From: an uncultured virus (IMG/VR IMGVR_UViG_3300026479_000008)
Taxonomy: Duplodnaviria > Heunggongvirae > Uroviricota > Caudoviricetes
Virus record (IMG/VR): IMGVR_UViG_3300026479_000008
Reading direction: 5' to 3' (one strand)
DNA length: 64,000 bases
The notes under the pieces: generated by a model
Told to the model about the DNA's origin: nothing
Database searches by the model: none
Seen by the model: only the letters and a program-made list of their open reading frames with translations
Translations under genes and position numbers: made by a program
Shown here: positions 20,228 to 29,444 of the stretch, one piece after another
Numbering within the stretch: position 1 is the stretch's first letter
Layout: each line of letters starts with the position of its first letter

Positions 20228-21625
20228 TTATCTTAATCTTTTTTTAAGTCTGTCGGCTTTAGTGAAATATTCGTATGAGGTTTGTTTATAATCTTTACGC
20301 TGATCATATAAATCTCCTAGAATTTTCTTTAACATTGAAGTCTCTTGTTTATAGACTACTCCGTTTTCACAAACGATTACTTCTTTATCCTTTCTTCGCT
20401 CAGCGACTTCATGCTTTGCTACCTTTTCAACAAAGGCGTCAGGTGAAATATTAAATTGTCTCATTATAGAAGGATATAGTGATGCAAAGTCAAATGCACT
20501 TACACCTGCATAATATCCAGTAATGGGTTCTTTTACATAAGCACCGGCATATTGTGCATTCTTTTCACTGTCTTCCTTCTTTTCAGATCCAATTCGTTTA
20601 CCTTCTTCTGATAATTTTCGTGCAATCAGAGATTCTGTAACTGCCACTGGCGATGCTGCTTTATATAGAGGCATCTTTGTGATGTTTGCCAAGGTTAAAA
20701 GAACTTCCATCGATTTCAACTTTTGATCTATATAATAAACCAATACGGAATCGACTACATTGTAGTAAATGTATTTTACAAAATCATCCCTATATAAATC
20801 CTGTAGAGATCCTGTAAATTTAATCTTGTTAACATTAAGAACTTGACCTGAGACATAATCAAGTGCATTAGATTCTTTTACCTTTACACTTCTATCATAC
20901 TTATCATATAATTGCATGTAATCTAAGATTCCAATATGTAAGGGTCTGCTGTCATTTCTATCCAAAGATTGTGTCATAGAAACTTCAGCAATATCAATTT
21001 GTAATCTTTTACATCTGTTTACAATATATTGCCAATCATAATTAATAAAGTTCCAGCCTGTCATCATTGGAAACTTAGGTAGGAACTTCATTAAGAACGT
21101 ATAGACCATGTCATATTCTGACTCGAATTTCTGATATTTGAATTCCCAATCCTGATCAAAGTCTTTGAAATACTTATTAGTATCGTCTTCAATTTTTTGG
21201 ATGCTTTTAGAATCCATATCTTCCAATCCTAATACAATAGCTTTATGTTCTGGTGTAATTATGGAAAATGATAGGATTCTACTTTTAGCTTCTTCAGCTT
21301 TTGGAAAGCCATCTACGATTTCAGTTTCAATATCGACGAAGTATGTTTTAGGCATATTGTATGCAAAGATTTCTTCTTTATCCTTTGCGGGTAATGAATC
21401 TAAGAAATAAGTTAAAGAAAACTTATTATATCTTCTTGCACTTCCTAGTTTGACTGATCTGCCATCCCAGTTTTTATGATCTAGACTTCTGCCTTTATCA
21501 TTATCATTACATACATACCAGTTCTGATACTGTGAAATTGGATATTGTTTAAATGCTACTTTACCTTCGGTGTCGTAGTAAGAGATGATAACATCCCTGT
21601 CTCTCTGTTCAATATCTAATATCAT
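20228..21625 (-). CDS. gp43: Family B DNA polymerase, N-terminal part (3'-5' exonuclease plus motif A; gp43A)
   Basis: DIETE, GWNFINYDW, YNVVDS, YAGAYVKEP, DFASLYPS; ends in the fingers helix. Confidence 0.9.
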   Translation of the reverse strand: MILDIEQRDRDVIISYYDTEGKVAFKQYPISQYQNWYVCNDNDKGRSLDHKNWDGRSVKLGSARRYNKFSLTYFLDSLPAKDKEEIFAYNMPKTYFVDIETEIVDGFPKAEEAKSRILSFSIITPEHKAIVLGLEDMDSKSIQKIEDDTNKYFKDFDQDWEFKYQKFESEYDMVYTFLMKFLPKFPMMTGWNFINYDWQYIVNRCKRLQIDIAEVSMTQSLDRNDSRPLHIGILDYMQLYDKYDRSVKVKESNALDYVSGQVLNVNKIKFTGSLQDLYRDDFVKYIYYNVVDSVLVYYIDQKLKSMEVLLTLANITKMPLYKAASPVAVTESLIARKLSEEGKRIGSEKKEDSEKNAQYAGAYVKEPITGYYAGVSAFDFASLYPSIMRQFNISPDAFVEKVAKHEVAERRKDKEVIVCENGVVYKQETSMLKKILGDLYDQRKDYKQTSYEYFTKADRLKKRLR

Positions 21626-22092
21626 TAATAGTTATTTTTCTGACGGTTAACATTCTCTTCTGCTTTTGCGAAGTAGTAGTTGTATGCTGTTTTAGCATCT
21701 AGCCCAATTGAAGCGGCGTAATTAATAAAGAAGTGTAGAATGTCTACCCATTCCATATACAATTCTTTTTTGTCGCCTTCGGACATGTCAGAAATTTTTA
21801 ACTTATCATACTTAGTGAAGTCTTTTTTCCAGTATTTCCATACTGCATTACCACTTCCGTCTTTAATACCGCCTAGAGCATCTGTCATTTCATGAATTTC
21901 GTCAACTACTGCATGTGTGTTACAGTGCCAGAAATCCATAATTTCTCGGATTGTCATATTATCAAAGTTAAAACCATAAGTCTGCTCTTGCATCTTCTTT
22001 TGGTTTTCCATGATATCTGCTAAGTGTGTTGTTGATTGGTCGTAAAAATCTTTTACTTCTAGATCTTTACATTCGTTGTCAATGTTTGCCAT
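21625..22092 (-). CDS. All-alpha dUTPase/dCTP pyrophosphatase (T4 gp56-like)
   Basis: DEIHE, WKYWKK, EWVDILHF, KAEENVNRQKNNY. Confidence 0.8.
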   Translation of the reverse strand: MANIDNECKDLEVKDFYDQSTTHLADIMENQKKMQEQTYGFNFDNMTIREIMDFWHCNTHAVVDEIHEMTDALGGIKDGSGNAVWKYWKKDFTKYDKLKISDMSEGDKKELYMEWVDILHFFINYAASIGLDAKTAYNYYFAKAEENVNRQKNNY

Positions 22093-22122
22093 TTTTTCGC
22101 TACTTTTTAATGTTACTTATTA

Positions 22123-22148
22123 TTCTACTTAAAATAATGAATCTGTTT
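22123..22148 (-). promoter_or_regulatory. Putative promoter AAAC-N16-GTAGAA
   Basis: Motif copy upstream of the dUTPase-like and polymerase-A genes. Confidence 0.6.
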
Positions 22149-23352
22149 TTAATTCTACTGGTTTTTCTACTGATCTTTTATTAACATTGTTAATAGCTTC
22201 AAAGAGATCATTGTTAACAACTTCTGGCGCGTTGTGTAATTTAGCTAATCTTAAAGAGTTTTTTCTAAACTCTTCTCTTCTTTCGTTATTGTTTGCTAAT
22301 TCTAAAATCTGTGGAATAGAAGCTGCAATATCTTCTTTGTCTACGAAGATTGCAAAATCTTCAAGTTCTATGAAAGGAACTCCTTCTGTTCTGTGAATAA
22401 CGTGAGTTCCCCAGTGTTTGTCAAATAGTGGTATAGTTCCCGCTGCAATAACCTCACACATTGCATATTCAATCATTGAACCATAGAGTCTTTCTGGTAA
22501 GTTAAAGAATTCTGCACCGAACATTGATTTTCCAAGTTCTGCCATTCCTTCTGCTAAATTATAAGGCCCATACATATACATTCTGTCTTCGACTTGTGGA
22601 TATGTAACAGGGTTTTTGATTTCATGAACTTCAAAGATATCTTCTCTTAGAGTTTTTCTATCTTCTTGTAAAAACATAGGAAGAGCTCCAATAGATCTTT
22701 CAACTCCTCTACATTCTGTTACGAAATTATTACCTTTCAATAGTTCCATAATATCGAACATTCTAAAAGGATCTTTAAATCCAGCAAATCTTCCAAAGTA
22801 TGTAGTTCTTCTTTCTTGTTCTTCAACTGGAACCACAATATTAGACCATGCATCATAGTCATAAGGATTAAGATTCATTTCGATTAATGGAGTATCAGGT
22901 GCATGTTCTCTTAATTTATTTGCAAAATTAGATCTTGCAGAATAGTTGAACATAGCGTCCATTGATTTCATGATTTCCCAATACTTATAATTCTTTGCTA
23001 AGTTTGCAGTGTTATGATCTAAGCAGTTTCCTATTTTAATAGGATTTTCTAAACCATAAATACAGTGCTCAATAAAATCTTCGTTGAATTCATCTCCTAC
23101 TGATTTATGCGGATACGATGTGTAATATACTACATCACTTTTTTCAAGTTCTTTAGCGATATTAGGAATATCCTTTCTTTTAAATTCAGTGCAAACAATA
23201 TCTGTAGTTTTATGGCGAGGCCATTTCTTTTCTACCGCTGCATAAATCGTGGCATCATGGCCTTCTTTTATAAGCCAATTATAAAATTCGATTGTGTGTC
23301 TTGTGAGTCCACAACCTTCAACTCCTTTTGCTAATACTAATGCTATTTTCAT
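22129..23352 (-). CDS. agt: GT-B glycosyltransferase resembling T4 DNA alpha-glucosyltransferase
   Basis: N-terminus MKIALVLAKGVEGCGLTRH parallels T4 AGT (ARGLEGCGVTKF); also YFGRFAGFKDP, GVERS, IEYAMCEVIAAGTIPLF. Confidence 0.75.
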   Translation of the reverse strand: MKIALVLAKGVEGCGLTRHTIEFYNWLIKEGHDATIYAAVEKKWPRHKTTDIVCTEFKRKDIPNIAKELEKSDVVYYTSYPHKSVGDEFNEDFIEHCIYGLENPIKIGNCLDHNTANLAKNYKYWEIMKSMDAMFNYSARSNFANKLREHAPDTPLIEMNLNPYDYDAWSNIVVPVEEQERRTTYFGRFAGFKDPFRMFDIMELLKGNNFVTECRGVERSIGALPMFLQEDRKTLREDIFEVHEIKNPVTYPQVEDRMYMYGPYNLAEGMAELGKSMFGAEFFNLPERLYGSMIEYAMCEVIAAGTIPLFDKHWGTHVIHRTEGVPFIELEDFAIFVDKEDIAASIPQILELANNNERREEFRKNSLRLAKLHNAPEVVNNDLFEAINNVNKRSVEKPVELKTDSLF

Positions 23353-23702
23353 ATTTGTGATCCGTGTTTTATGTTAAATCCTCCATGTTTTCTGTATGAT
23401 TGGTCTTCTTCTCCTATTTGTATTTCTCCTTCATATCCTTTTTCAGATGAATCAGAATATACGTCCATTTCGGAATAGACTAAATCTCCTAATGCGTTAT
23501 GTGTTTCTTCGTCATTTACCCCGATATCAGTTCCTACTAATTCGTCCATTCCTTCCAGCTCCCAATAGTTTTCTGCTAAGTATTGAACGAATTCTTCTTC
23601 GGTTGCTCCTTTATAATTAGGGAATTTTTCAGTGTCTAATGTTACGATAGGAGTTGCTTCGGCAATATATCGATACTCGGTTCTTCTTACCTGTACTTTC
23701 AT
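23349..23702 (-). CDS. Hypothetical acidic protein
   Basis: 117-aa ORF within the operon. Confidence 0.5.
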   Translation of the reverse strand: MKVQVRRTEYRYIAEATPIVTLDTEKFPNYKGATEEEFVQYLAENYWELEGMDELVGTDIGVNDEETHNALGDLVYSEMDVYSDSSEKGYEGEIQIGEEDQSYRKHGGFNIKHGSQI

Positions 23703-23969
23703 TTATTTTCCGTTTTCGTAATTATCTAAACCTTGAATGTATGCTACTGCATCTAAGAGATTATCTCTTTTATGATTGTAACTTTCTCTTGAAAACTTAA
23801 GAGCAACTAATGCTTTAAACATATCAGCGCCACTTACATCATGGCCTGTCATACCTTTAAATATTAGGGCAGCTCTGTCCATGCCTTCTGAAAAAGGACC
23901 GTAATTACGATCCGCTTCTTCACTCCTGTTGTTTACAATTTCGTTTGCTTCTTCTAAGATACTTTTCAT
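23703..23969 (-). CDS. DUF6378-like small protein (nucleotide-modification associated)
   Basis: ILEEANEIVN...RNYGPF...LKFSRE...DNLLDAVAY. Confidence 0.6.
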   Translation of the reverse strand: MKSILEEANEIVNNRSEEADRNYGPFSEGMDRAALIFKGMTGHDVSGADMFKALVALKFSRESYNHKRDNLLDAVAYIQGLDNYENGK

Positions 23970-23986
23970 AAGAATGTGTTTAATTA

Positions 23987-24012
23987 TTATACTCTATATA
24001 TGCGTTTTGTTT
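23987..24012 (-). promoter_or_regulatory. Putative promoter AAAC-N16-GTATAA
   Basis: Motif copy 18 nt upstream of the ATG at 23969. Confidence 0.65.
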
Positions 24013-24170
24013 ACGGCTAATTTTTCTAATTTTGATTCTACTAGAATTATTAGATCTTCAATTCCTTCGTTATACGCGAATTGTGTTTCGTGGTCCATGT
24101 TTGCATACTTAATTTCATCTGCTGCATTGGTTAGTAGATTAACCAATACCTTTACGTCTTCTTTGCTCAT
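23994..24170 (-). CDS. Small hypothetical protein (58 aa, not in ORF track)
   Basis: Hand translation MSKEDVKVLVNLLTNAADEIKY...AVNKTHI*. Confidence 0.55.
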   Translation of the reverse strand: MSKEDVKVLVNLLTNAADEIKYANMDHETQFAYNEGIEDLIILVESKLEKLAVNKTHI

Positions 24171-24177
24171 CTTTGTT

Positions 24178-25119
24178 TTATTTTAGTAAGTTTTCTATTC
24201 CTAATTCTTCGGCGAAAGCAACTGTGATATCCTTTAGCAGCTTTACATTTTCTTCTGAGAAATCAGTGTTATCAAATTTAAATGAAATTGTTTTATCATT
24301 TGCACCTGTGCTTTCTTTTACGAATTCAAAACCTGGAACTTTAGATTTTATACTATCAATTATCTTTCCTGTTTCATCTATGATTCTAGTAAGTCCATGA
24401 TCTTTAACTAAATATCCTGATATTTTAATTCCAAGGTCATGGTTCTTTTGATTAATAACCCATTCTATACCCAATCTAGAACCAGTATAAGCCTTTCCAA
24501 TATAAAGGTATCTACTGCGGTGTGGTAATTCTTTTCTATTTTTGAATCCCATTTCAGATGAAGCGACTTTCATCCATTTTAAACCAAGCTCTTCAAGCGA
24601 AGCGAGTTTAACTGAAACCTTTTCCTTCTTTTCTTCTATTCCATATACATCTGCAAAATAACCTTGATCATTGAACCTTAGATGTATAGCATAAGAATCT
24701 TCCATCTTAGAAAATTCATTAAGATAGGGTGCATCGAATTCTTTAAACGCAATTGCAAATGAATATACTTGTTCGTAATCCTGTTTAAGTCTATTGGATT
24801 TAAGATAGAACTGTTCATGGTGATCATTGTCCCATTTACCCTTTTGAGATTGACTCATCACTTCAAAATAATACATCTGTCCTTCGTCTTCAAACGTAAG
24901 ATCAGCTCTTTTGGTTGCCATTCCAATTGTGATAGGTGTTTCTAATTTTCTGTCTATATCTTCAATGCTGGATAAACCACATGCTTCGATTACAGTGTTC
25001 ATTTCTTCTTTGCCAAAAAAGGCTTCTACGAATTGAGTTTCTCTATTACATTCATAGGCTGAAAATACATCTGTTAATGTGTGGTCGTTGGTTTTAATTC
25101 CTTTCGAATATCTTTTCAT
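24178..25119 (-). CDS. Putative PD-(D/E)xK nuclease-like protein
   Basis: KRADLTFED...YFEVMSQSQKGKWDNDHHEQ resembles NucS/DUF4268-associated nuclease motifs. Confidence 0.45.
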   Translation of the reverse strand: MKRYSKGIKTNDHTLTDVFSAYECNRETQFVEAFFGKEEMNTVIEACGLSSIEDIDRKLETPITIGMATKRADLTFEDEGQMYYFEVMSQSQKGKWDNDHHEQFYLKSNRLKQDYEQVYSFAIAFKEFDAPYLNEFSKMEDSYAIHLRFNDQGYFADVYGIEEKKEKVSVKLASLEELGLKWMKVASSEMGFKNRKELPHRSRYLYIGKAYTGSRLGIEWVINQKNHDLGIKISGYLVKDHGLTRIIDETGKIIDSIKSKVPGFEFVKESTGANDKTISFKFDNTDFSEENVKLLKDITVAFAEELGIENLLK

Positions 25120-25156
25120 TTATTGCTTTGTTTATTAATTACTATACTAATATAAC

Positions 25157-25185
25157 AAAAAAACCCGAGATAAAAAAATCTCGGG
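25157..25185 (-). terminator. Intrinsic terminator
   Basis: CCCGAGAT/ATCTCGGG stem plus U7 on the minus strand. Confidence 0.75.
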
Positions 25186-25214
25186 CTGCTTTTTTTCAAA
25201 AAAAGTGCAATGTT

Positions 25215-25430
25215 TTACAAATCTTCTGGAAAATACTTGTCAAGTGCTTCTAACTTATCATCAGCGTCAACTAACATTGATAAAGCTTCTTCTGCATTTT
25301 TATAGAAATCACCAGTTGAGTGATCTCCAATACCAGATCCTTTATTTCCTAAAAGATCTAAAGATAAAAGTGCTTTTGATTTTTCAGCTAAGGCACTAGC
25401 TCTTAGCATTTCGATTAATTTCTTATTCAT
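25215..25430 (-). CDS. Small hypothetical protein
   Basis: 71 aa with GIGDHS motif; overlaps the rmlB stop. Confidence 0.6.
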   Translation of the reverse strand: MNKKLIEMLRASALAEKSKALLSLDLLGNKGSGIGDHSTGDFYKNAEEALSMLVDADDKLEALDKYFPEDL

Positions 25431-26356
25431 AATTGAGTTTCTAGTAGTTTAAATGTTTCTTCTTTTAAAAATTCTTCAAAGGATAAAGGGATCATTTCTC
25501 CTAAAATAGCATTTACCTTTGAGCTATTAAGTGCGTATCTTCTATCATGTCCTAGACGGTCTGCTACAAATTCAAATTCAGGAGTTTTGCCCATGATGTT
25601 TCCTATCATTTCAATAACTTCTAAATTAGTGTATCTTTCCTCTGAACCAATATTAAATACTTCGTTAATTCGGTCTGACATCATTAAGTTATAAATAACT
25701 AAAGTGTTGTCTGTTACGTCCATCCATTCTCTAACTTGCTTTCCATCTCCATAAACAGGAATTTTCTTTCCTTCTTTAATAGAGCGCATGATAGTTGGGA
25801 TAAATTTTTCTTTATGTTGATGAGCACCATAATTGTTACATGTTCTGGTAATAATATATGGAAGATCAAATGTTCTGTTAGCTGAAAGGACTAGCATGTC
25901 TGATGATGCTTTAGTCGCCGAATAATAAGAAGAAGCTACTAGCGGAAATTCTTCATCCGCTACTACGTCCTTACTAATGTCGTCCATGTCGCCGTAAACT
26001 TCATCTGTAGAAATATGAATAAATTTTCTAAGATTAGGGTTTTGTCTAGCACACTCTAAAAGATTGAACGTTCCTTCAACGTTTGTTCTAACGAAAGGTC
26101 TTCCGTCTTTAATAGAATTATCTACATGACTTTCAGCTGCGAAGTGAACAAGGAAATCATATTCTCCTAGATCTTCTACTGTTACTTCGCAAATATCTTT
26201 CTGAATTAATGTTACTTTAGTTTTAATGTTATTTGGATTTGCAGCATAAGTCATTTTATCAACTACTACAATTTCTGCTGTTGGGTTTTTTCTACCAATC
26301 GTGTTTACAAATTCAGATCCTATAAATCCAAATCCACCAGTTACTATTATTCTCAT
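25427..26356 (-). CDS. rmlB: dTDP-glucose 4,6-dehydratase
   Basis: TGGFGFIG, HFAAESHVDNSI, ISTDEVYG, YSATKASSD, RTCNNYG, DRLGHDRRY. Confidence 0.92.
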   Translation of the reverse strand: MRIIVTGGFGFIGSEFVNTIGRKNPTAEIVVVDKMTYAANPNNIKTKVTLIQKDICEVTVEDLGEYDFLVHFAAESHVDNSIKDGRPFVRTNVEGTFNLLECARQNPNLRKFIHISTDEVYGDMDDISKDVVADEEFPLVASSYYSATKASSDMLVLSANRTFDLPYIITRTCNNYGAHQHKEKFIPTIMRSIKEGKKIPVYGDGKQVREWMDVTDNTLVIYNLMMSDRINEVFNIGSEERYTNLEVIEMIGNIMGKTPEFEFVADRLGHDRRYALNSSKVNAILGEMIPLSFEEFLKEETFKLLETQL

Positions 26357-26847
26357 TTGTTATTAATTATTTTAGCCGCTTCATCAGCTGTTAATGACTT
26401 TACGTTTTCTTCTATAATAGAAGGATTCTGTAAGATGGTTTGCTTAGTTATTAAATCTTTAATTCTTGTCGTAGACCAATTATGTGATCTAGTTGTATAA
26501 ATAACCTCAATTGGCATGTGATCTCCTGTGAATCTTTTACCAATGTAATCATCTCCTAAAATTCTAACATCTGGTTTATAAAATTCCATTAAGTTAATAA
26601 GATCTTCTTCTGTTTGATATGTAACTACTTCGTCTACGTATTTAATAGCCATTAAAGTTTTATATCTTTCGTATAATGGAATTACTGGCTTGTATTTAGT
26701 AAATCTAGTTTCCGAAGGATCTCTTTGCAGAAATACCATAAAGTAATCACAGTGTTCTTTTGCTGTTTCGAATGTGTAAATATATCCAGGGTGAAGAAGA
26801 TCGAAGTTCCCTGCTGTAAATCCTATTTTACCTTTATTTTGATCCAT
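26353..26847 (-). CDS. Cytidylyltransferase (TagD/RfaE-like, HIGH family)
   Basis: GNFDLLHPGY, ER..L.AIKYVDEV, GDDY, R.HNWSTT. Confidence 0.85.
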   Translation of the reverse strand: MDQNKGKIGFTAGNFDLLHPGYIYTFETAKEHCDYFMVFLQRDPSETRFTKYKPVIPLYERYKTLMAIKYVDEVVTYQTEEDLINLMEFYKPDVRILGDDYIGKRFTGDHMPIEVIYTTRSHNWSTTRIKDLITKQTILQNPSIIEENVKSLTADEAAKIINNK

Positions 26848-27079
26848 TTATTTTATTTTCTTGTAACTTAATTCTGAGCCACAACTGGTGAATAATTATT
26901 TCAATAGATTTTTCATCATCTTCTTCAAGTGCAGTGATGATAGTAAAGTTATCAACTAATTTTCTAGCTCCATCTAGATGGGAAAGACTAGAACATGAAT
27001 CAATCACAGTTTCGATTTTCTCTATCGCTTGAATTGACCATGTGTTAAAGTTTTCGGGTCTGAAGATAATGTTATCCAT
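26834..27079 (-). CDS. Hypothetical protein
   Basis: 81-aa ORF downstream of a promoter motif. Confidence 0.5.
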   Translation of the reverse strand: MDNIIFRPENFNTWSIQAIEKIETVIDSCSSLSHLDGARKLVDNFTIITALEEDDEKSIEIIIHQLWLRIKLQENKINGSK

Positions 27080-27085
27080 ATTGTA

Positions 27086-27111
27086 TTATACTTAAAAAAA
27101 CTAAATTGTTT
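27086..27111 (-). promoter_or_regulatory. Putative promoter AAAC-N16-GTATAA
   Basis: Motif copy with exact spacing. Confidence 0.6.
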
Positions 27112-27502
27112 ATATTTTATATTTAGATCTATACCACTTGATAAGAATACTTGCAGTGCTGTAGTTGGTAGCCAAGGGGATGTCATGGACATCGCAAAGT
27201 CTCATTAGCATTGATATATCTACATCATGTGGATGTTTATCTAGAGGGTCTCTCATGAATATTACGCCTGTGATTTCTCCTCTAACTACCATTGCCGCTA
27301 TTTCAGCATCTCCACCTAGAGGACCACTTTGAACAGTAGAAACTCTATCAATTCCAGCATGCTCTACCTTTTTCCCCGTAGTTCCTGTGGTAACTATGTC
27401 TACTGCATCACTGTTAAAGAAATCTAATCTCTTAGATACAAATGCTACCATGTCTGCTTTTTTGTTATCGTGCGCAATTAATGCGAATCTCATCTTGTCC
27501 AT
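27110..27502 (-). CDS. mgsA: Methylglyoxal synthase
   Basis: ALIAHDNKK, TTGTTG, SGPLGGDAEI, DPLDKHPHDVD, LATN. Confidence 0.93.
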   Translation of the reverse strand: MDKMRFALIAHDNKKADMVAFVSKRLDFFNSDAVDIVTTGTTGKKVEHAGIDRVSTVQSGPLGGDAEIAAMVVRGEITGVIFMRDPLDKHPHDVDISMLMRLCDVHDIPLATNYSTASILIKWYRSKYKI

Positions 27503-27513
27503 ACTCTATTAAT

Positions 27514-27543
27514 AAAAAATGCTCTGTAGTTATACAGAGCATT
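27514..27543 (-). terminator. Intrinsic terminator overlapping a promoter motif (27530-27555)
   Basis: AATGCTCTGTA-TAAC-TACAGAGCATT followed by a U-tract; the promoter GTATAA lies in the stem/loop. Confidence 0.7.
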
Positions 27544-27569
27544 CTTAAATTGTTTAAATATTTTAAAGA

Positions 27570-29441
27570 TTACCAGCTAGCAGCCCATACAAATTCAAAG
27601 TTATGTTTCTTACAAAACTTTTCAATCATATCTGAAACCTTAGCTTGAGCAGCTTCGTACTTAGCGTAATCTCTTCCATCTATAATATTATAAGCGCTTT
27701 CTCCATATTCATCAGGATGTCTTAATTCTCTTGGCTCGTCAGTCTTATAATAAACTTTCTTTTCAGCCGTTCTAATATAAGGCATTCTTAATTCTATTCT
27801 TCTATGTGCTTTTCTTCCGCTTGCCTTTGCGATGTCATATTGCTTTTCGATTCTTGGCTTTAATCTAGTCCATTCGGCTAATATTTTATCATTAGCTTTA
27901 AAACCTGCTAGGATAGTTTTCATGTCAAATTCTACTCCGTTTACTCTTTTGTAATCTTTGAAAACTCCAACTACATCATCCATAAATTTATCAAAGCTAG
28001 AAATAGATTGATAAGAACCATGTACAGTTCCCATACCCCAATCATCTTCTACCTTTCCAGTTGATACTTTTTTGGTTCCATTGAATAATTTTGCAAATGA
28101 ATAATTAGGTTTACGCGTTGAGTTGTTAGACTGAAACTTAAATACTTCATGTTTCCATGATTTTCCTCGAAGCTCAATGCTCAAACATAAGTTACCTCCA
28201 TAATTCCATTCTGATCTATAAACTCTACATTTGAATTGAATTTTTGGAAATTCCTTTTTTAAACGTTCAGCCATTTGTAAACCATTACCGAAGTTAGATT
28301 CTCTTTTGTATGCTTCTTTACATTCTTTAGATTTTCTAGCAATAGCTAAAACCTTACTTATTGTATAGTATGTTTCTGAATCGAATATTTCATCATCTGT
28401 TTCTTTATCTAAAATAACATCTTCATTAATAGATTTTAAATGAGTCAGTTTAGTGGATGTTGATTCTGCAAATGCTTCAATATCCCATTGGATTCTTTGC
28501 ATTGGATCATCACCTCTAAAGTTTTTCTCAACCCAATCAATAAGACCTGGTTCGAATTGGGCGTTTTGTGCCATATCATAGGCATTCTTCCAACCGTCGT
28601 TTGATGCAACGTCTTCTAACCATTGGTCATATTTCCTTTGAGTCCATCTTACTTTCTTAACAGCTTTCTTATGAGGACCAGCTCCTAATGTTGACTTTAC
28701 AGTATTATAATGGTCTGGACCAGCAAATACGCCTTCTGCCCATTCTTGATCTCTTTTATTACCGTCCCAATATTTAATTTCTTTTCTGAATCTTCTTAGT
28801 GAATAATTACCACCTTCAATTTGTTTACGCTTTGTTACTTCTCCTTGTCTGTAACCTATTTCAATCTTCTTTTCTTCGGCAGTTTTAGGATCCATTTCAA
28901 AATGTAAAGATTTTACTAAATCTGCAATACCGTCAAACTTACCTTCATTAACCGATTCTAAAATAATAGAATTTAGCTTTACTTCTTTATTAAATCTAGC
29001 GCTGCGTACATCGTCAGTTACTTCTAACTTAACACCATACATTGCAGTTAATTTTACCTTTACTTTTTTACCATTATGTTCTGCTTCAAATTCTTTAAAT
29101 GCATTTGCCTGTCGGCCATAATCCGTAATTTCATAGTTTCCATCTTCTGTATCAAATATAGTACCGATGCTAATTTTATTAAGAACTCTTGCACCCATCA
29201 TAGATATTTTAGAAGAAGATATTGTTTTACCTTCATCAAGTGATCCGAAAGATTCAAATGATATAATGTTTTTCATTTCGCGTTGTTTCTTTTTATTTCT
29301 CTTCTTCTTATACTCTTCTTCGGCATCTCCTTTTCCGGCTGGAATATCCCCTGATCCAACTGATGTTTCAGATGGTAAAGAGACTTCTCCCATTCCGGCC
29401 ATATCGCCAAGTGATAAGTTTTCGTTTTCGTTTAATTCCAT
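27570..29441 (-). CDS. Putative head-packaged modular protein (623 aa)
   Basis: Internal MKNIISFESFGSLDE peptide; linkers ILESVNE|G and KSINE|D. Confidence 0.6.
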   Translation of the reverse strand: MELNENENLSLGDMAGMGEVSLPSETSVGSGDIPAGKGDAEEEYKKKRNKKKQREMKNIISFESFGSLDEGKTISSSKISMMGARVLNKISIGTIFDTEDGNYEITDYGRQANAFKEFEAEHNGKKVKVKLTAMYGVKLEVTDDVRSARFNKEVKLNSIILESVNEGKFDGIADLVKSLHFEMDPKTAEEKKIEIGYRQGEVTKRKQIEGGNYSLRRFRKEIKYWDGNKRDQEWAEGVFAGPDHYNTVKSTLGAGPHKKAVKKVRWTQRKYDQWLEDVASNDGWKNAYDMAQNAQFEPGLIDWVEKNFRGDDPMQRIQWDIEAFAESTSTKLTHLKSINEDVILDKETDDEIFDSETYYTISKVLAIARKSKECKEAYKRESNFGNGLQMAERLKKEFPKIQFKCRVYRSEWNYGGNLCLSIELRGKSWKHEVFKFQSNNSTRKPNYSFAKLFNGTKKVSTGKVEDDWGMGTVHGSYQSISSFDKFMDDVVGVFKDYKRVNGVEFDMKTILAGFKANDKILAEWTRLKPRIEKQYDIAKASGRKAHRRIELRMPYIRTAEKKVYYKTDEPRELRHPDEYGESAYNIIDGRDYAKYEAAQAKVSDMIEKFCKKHNFEFVWAASW

Positions 29442-29444
29442 ATC

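Noticed and set aside
16200..20300. Split intein or intron joining the two polymerase halves
   Set aside because: No Cys/Ser-initiated Hint N-fragment or His-Asn C-fragment at the break, and the intervening DNA is ordinary genes.
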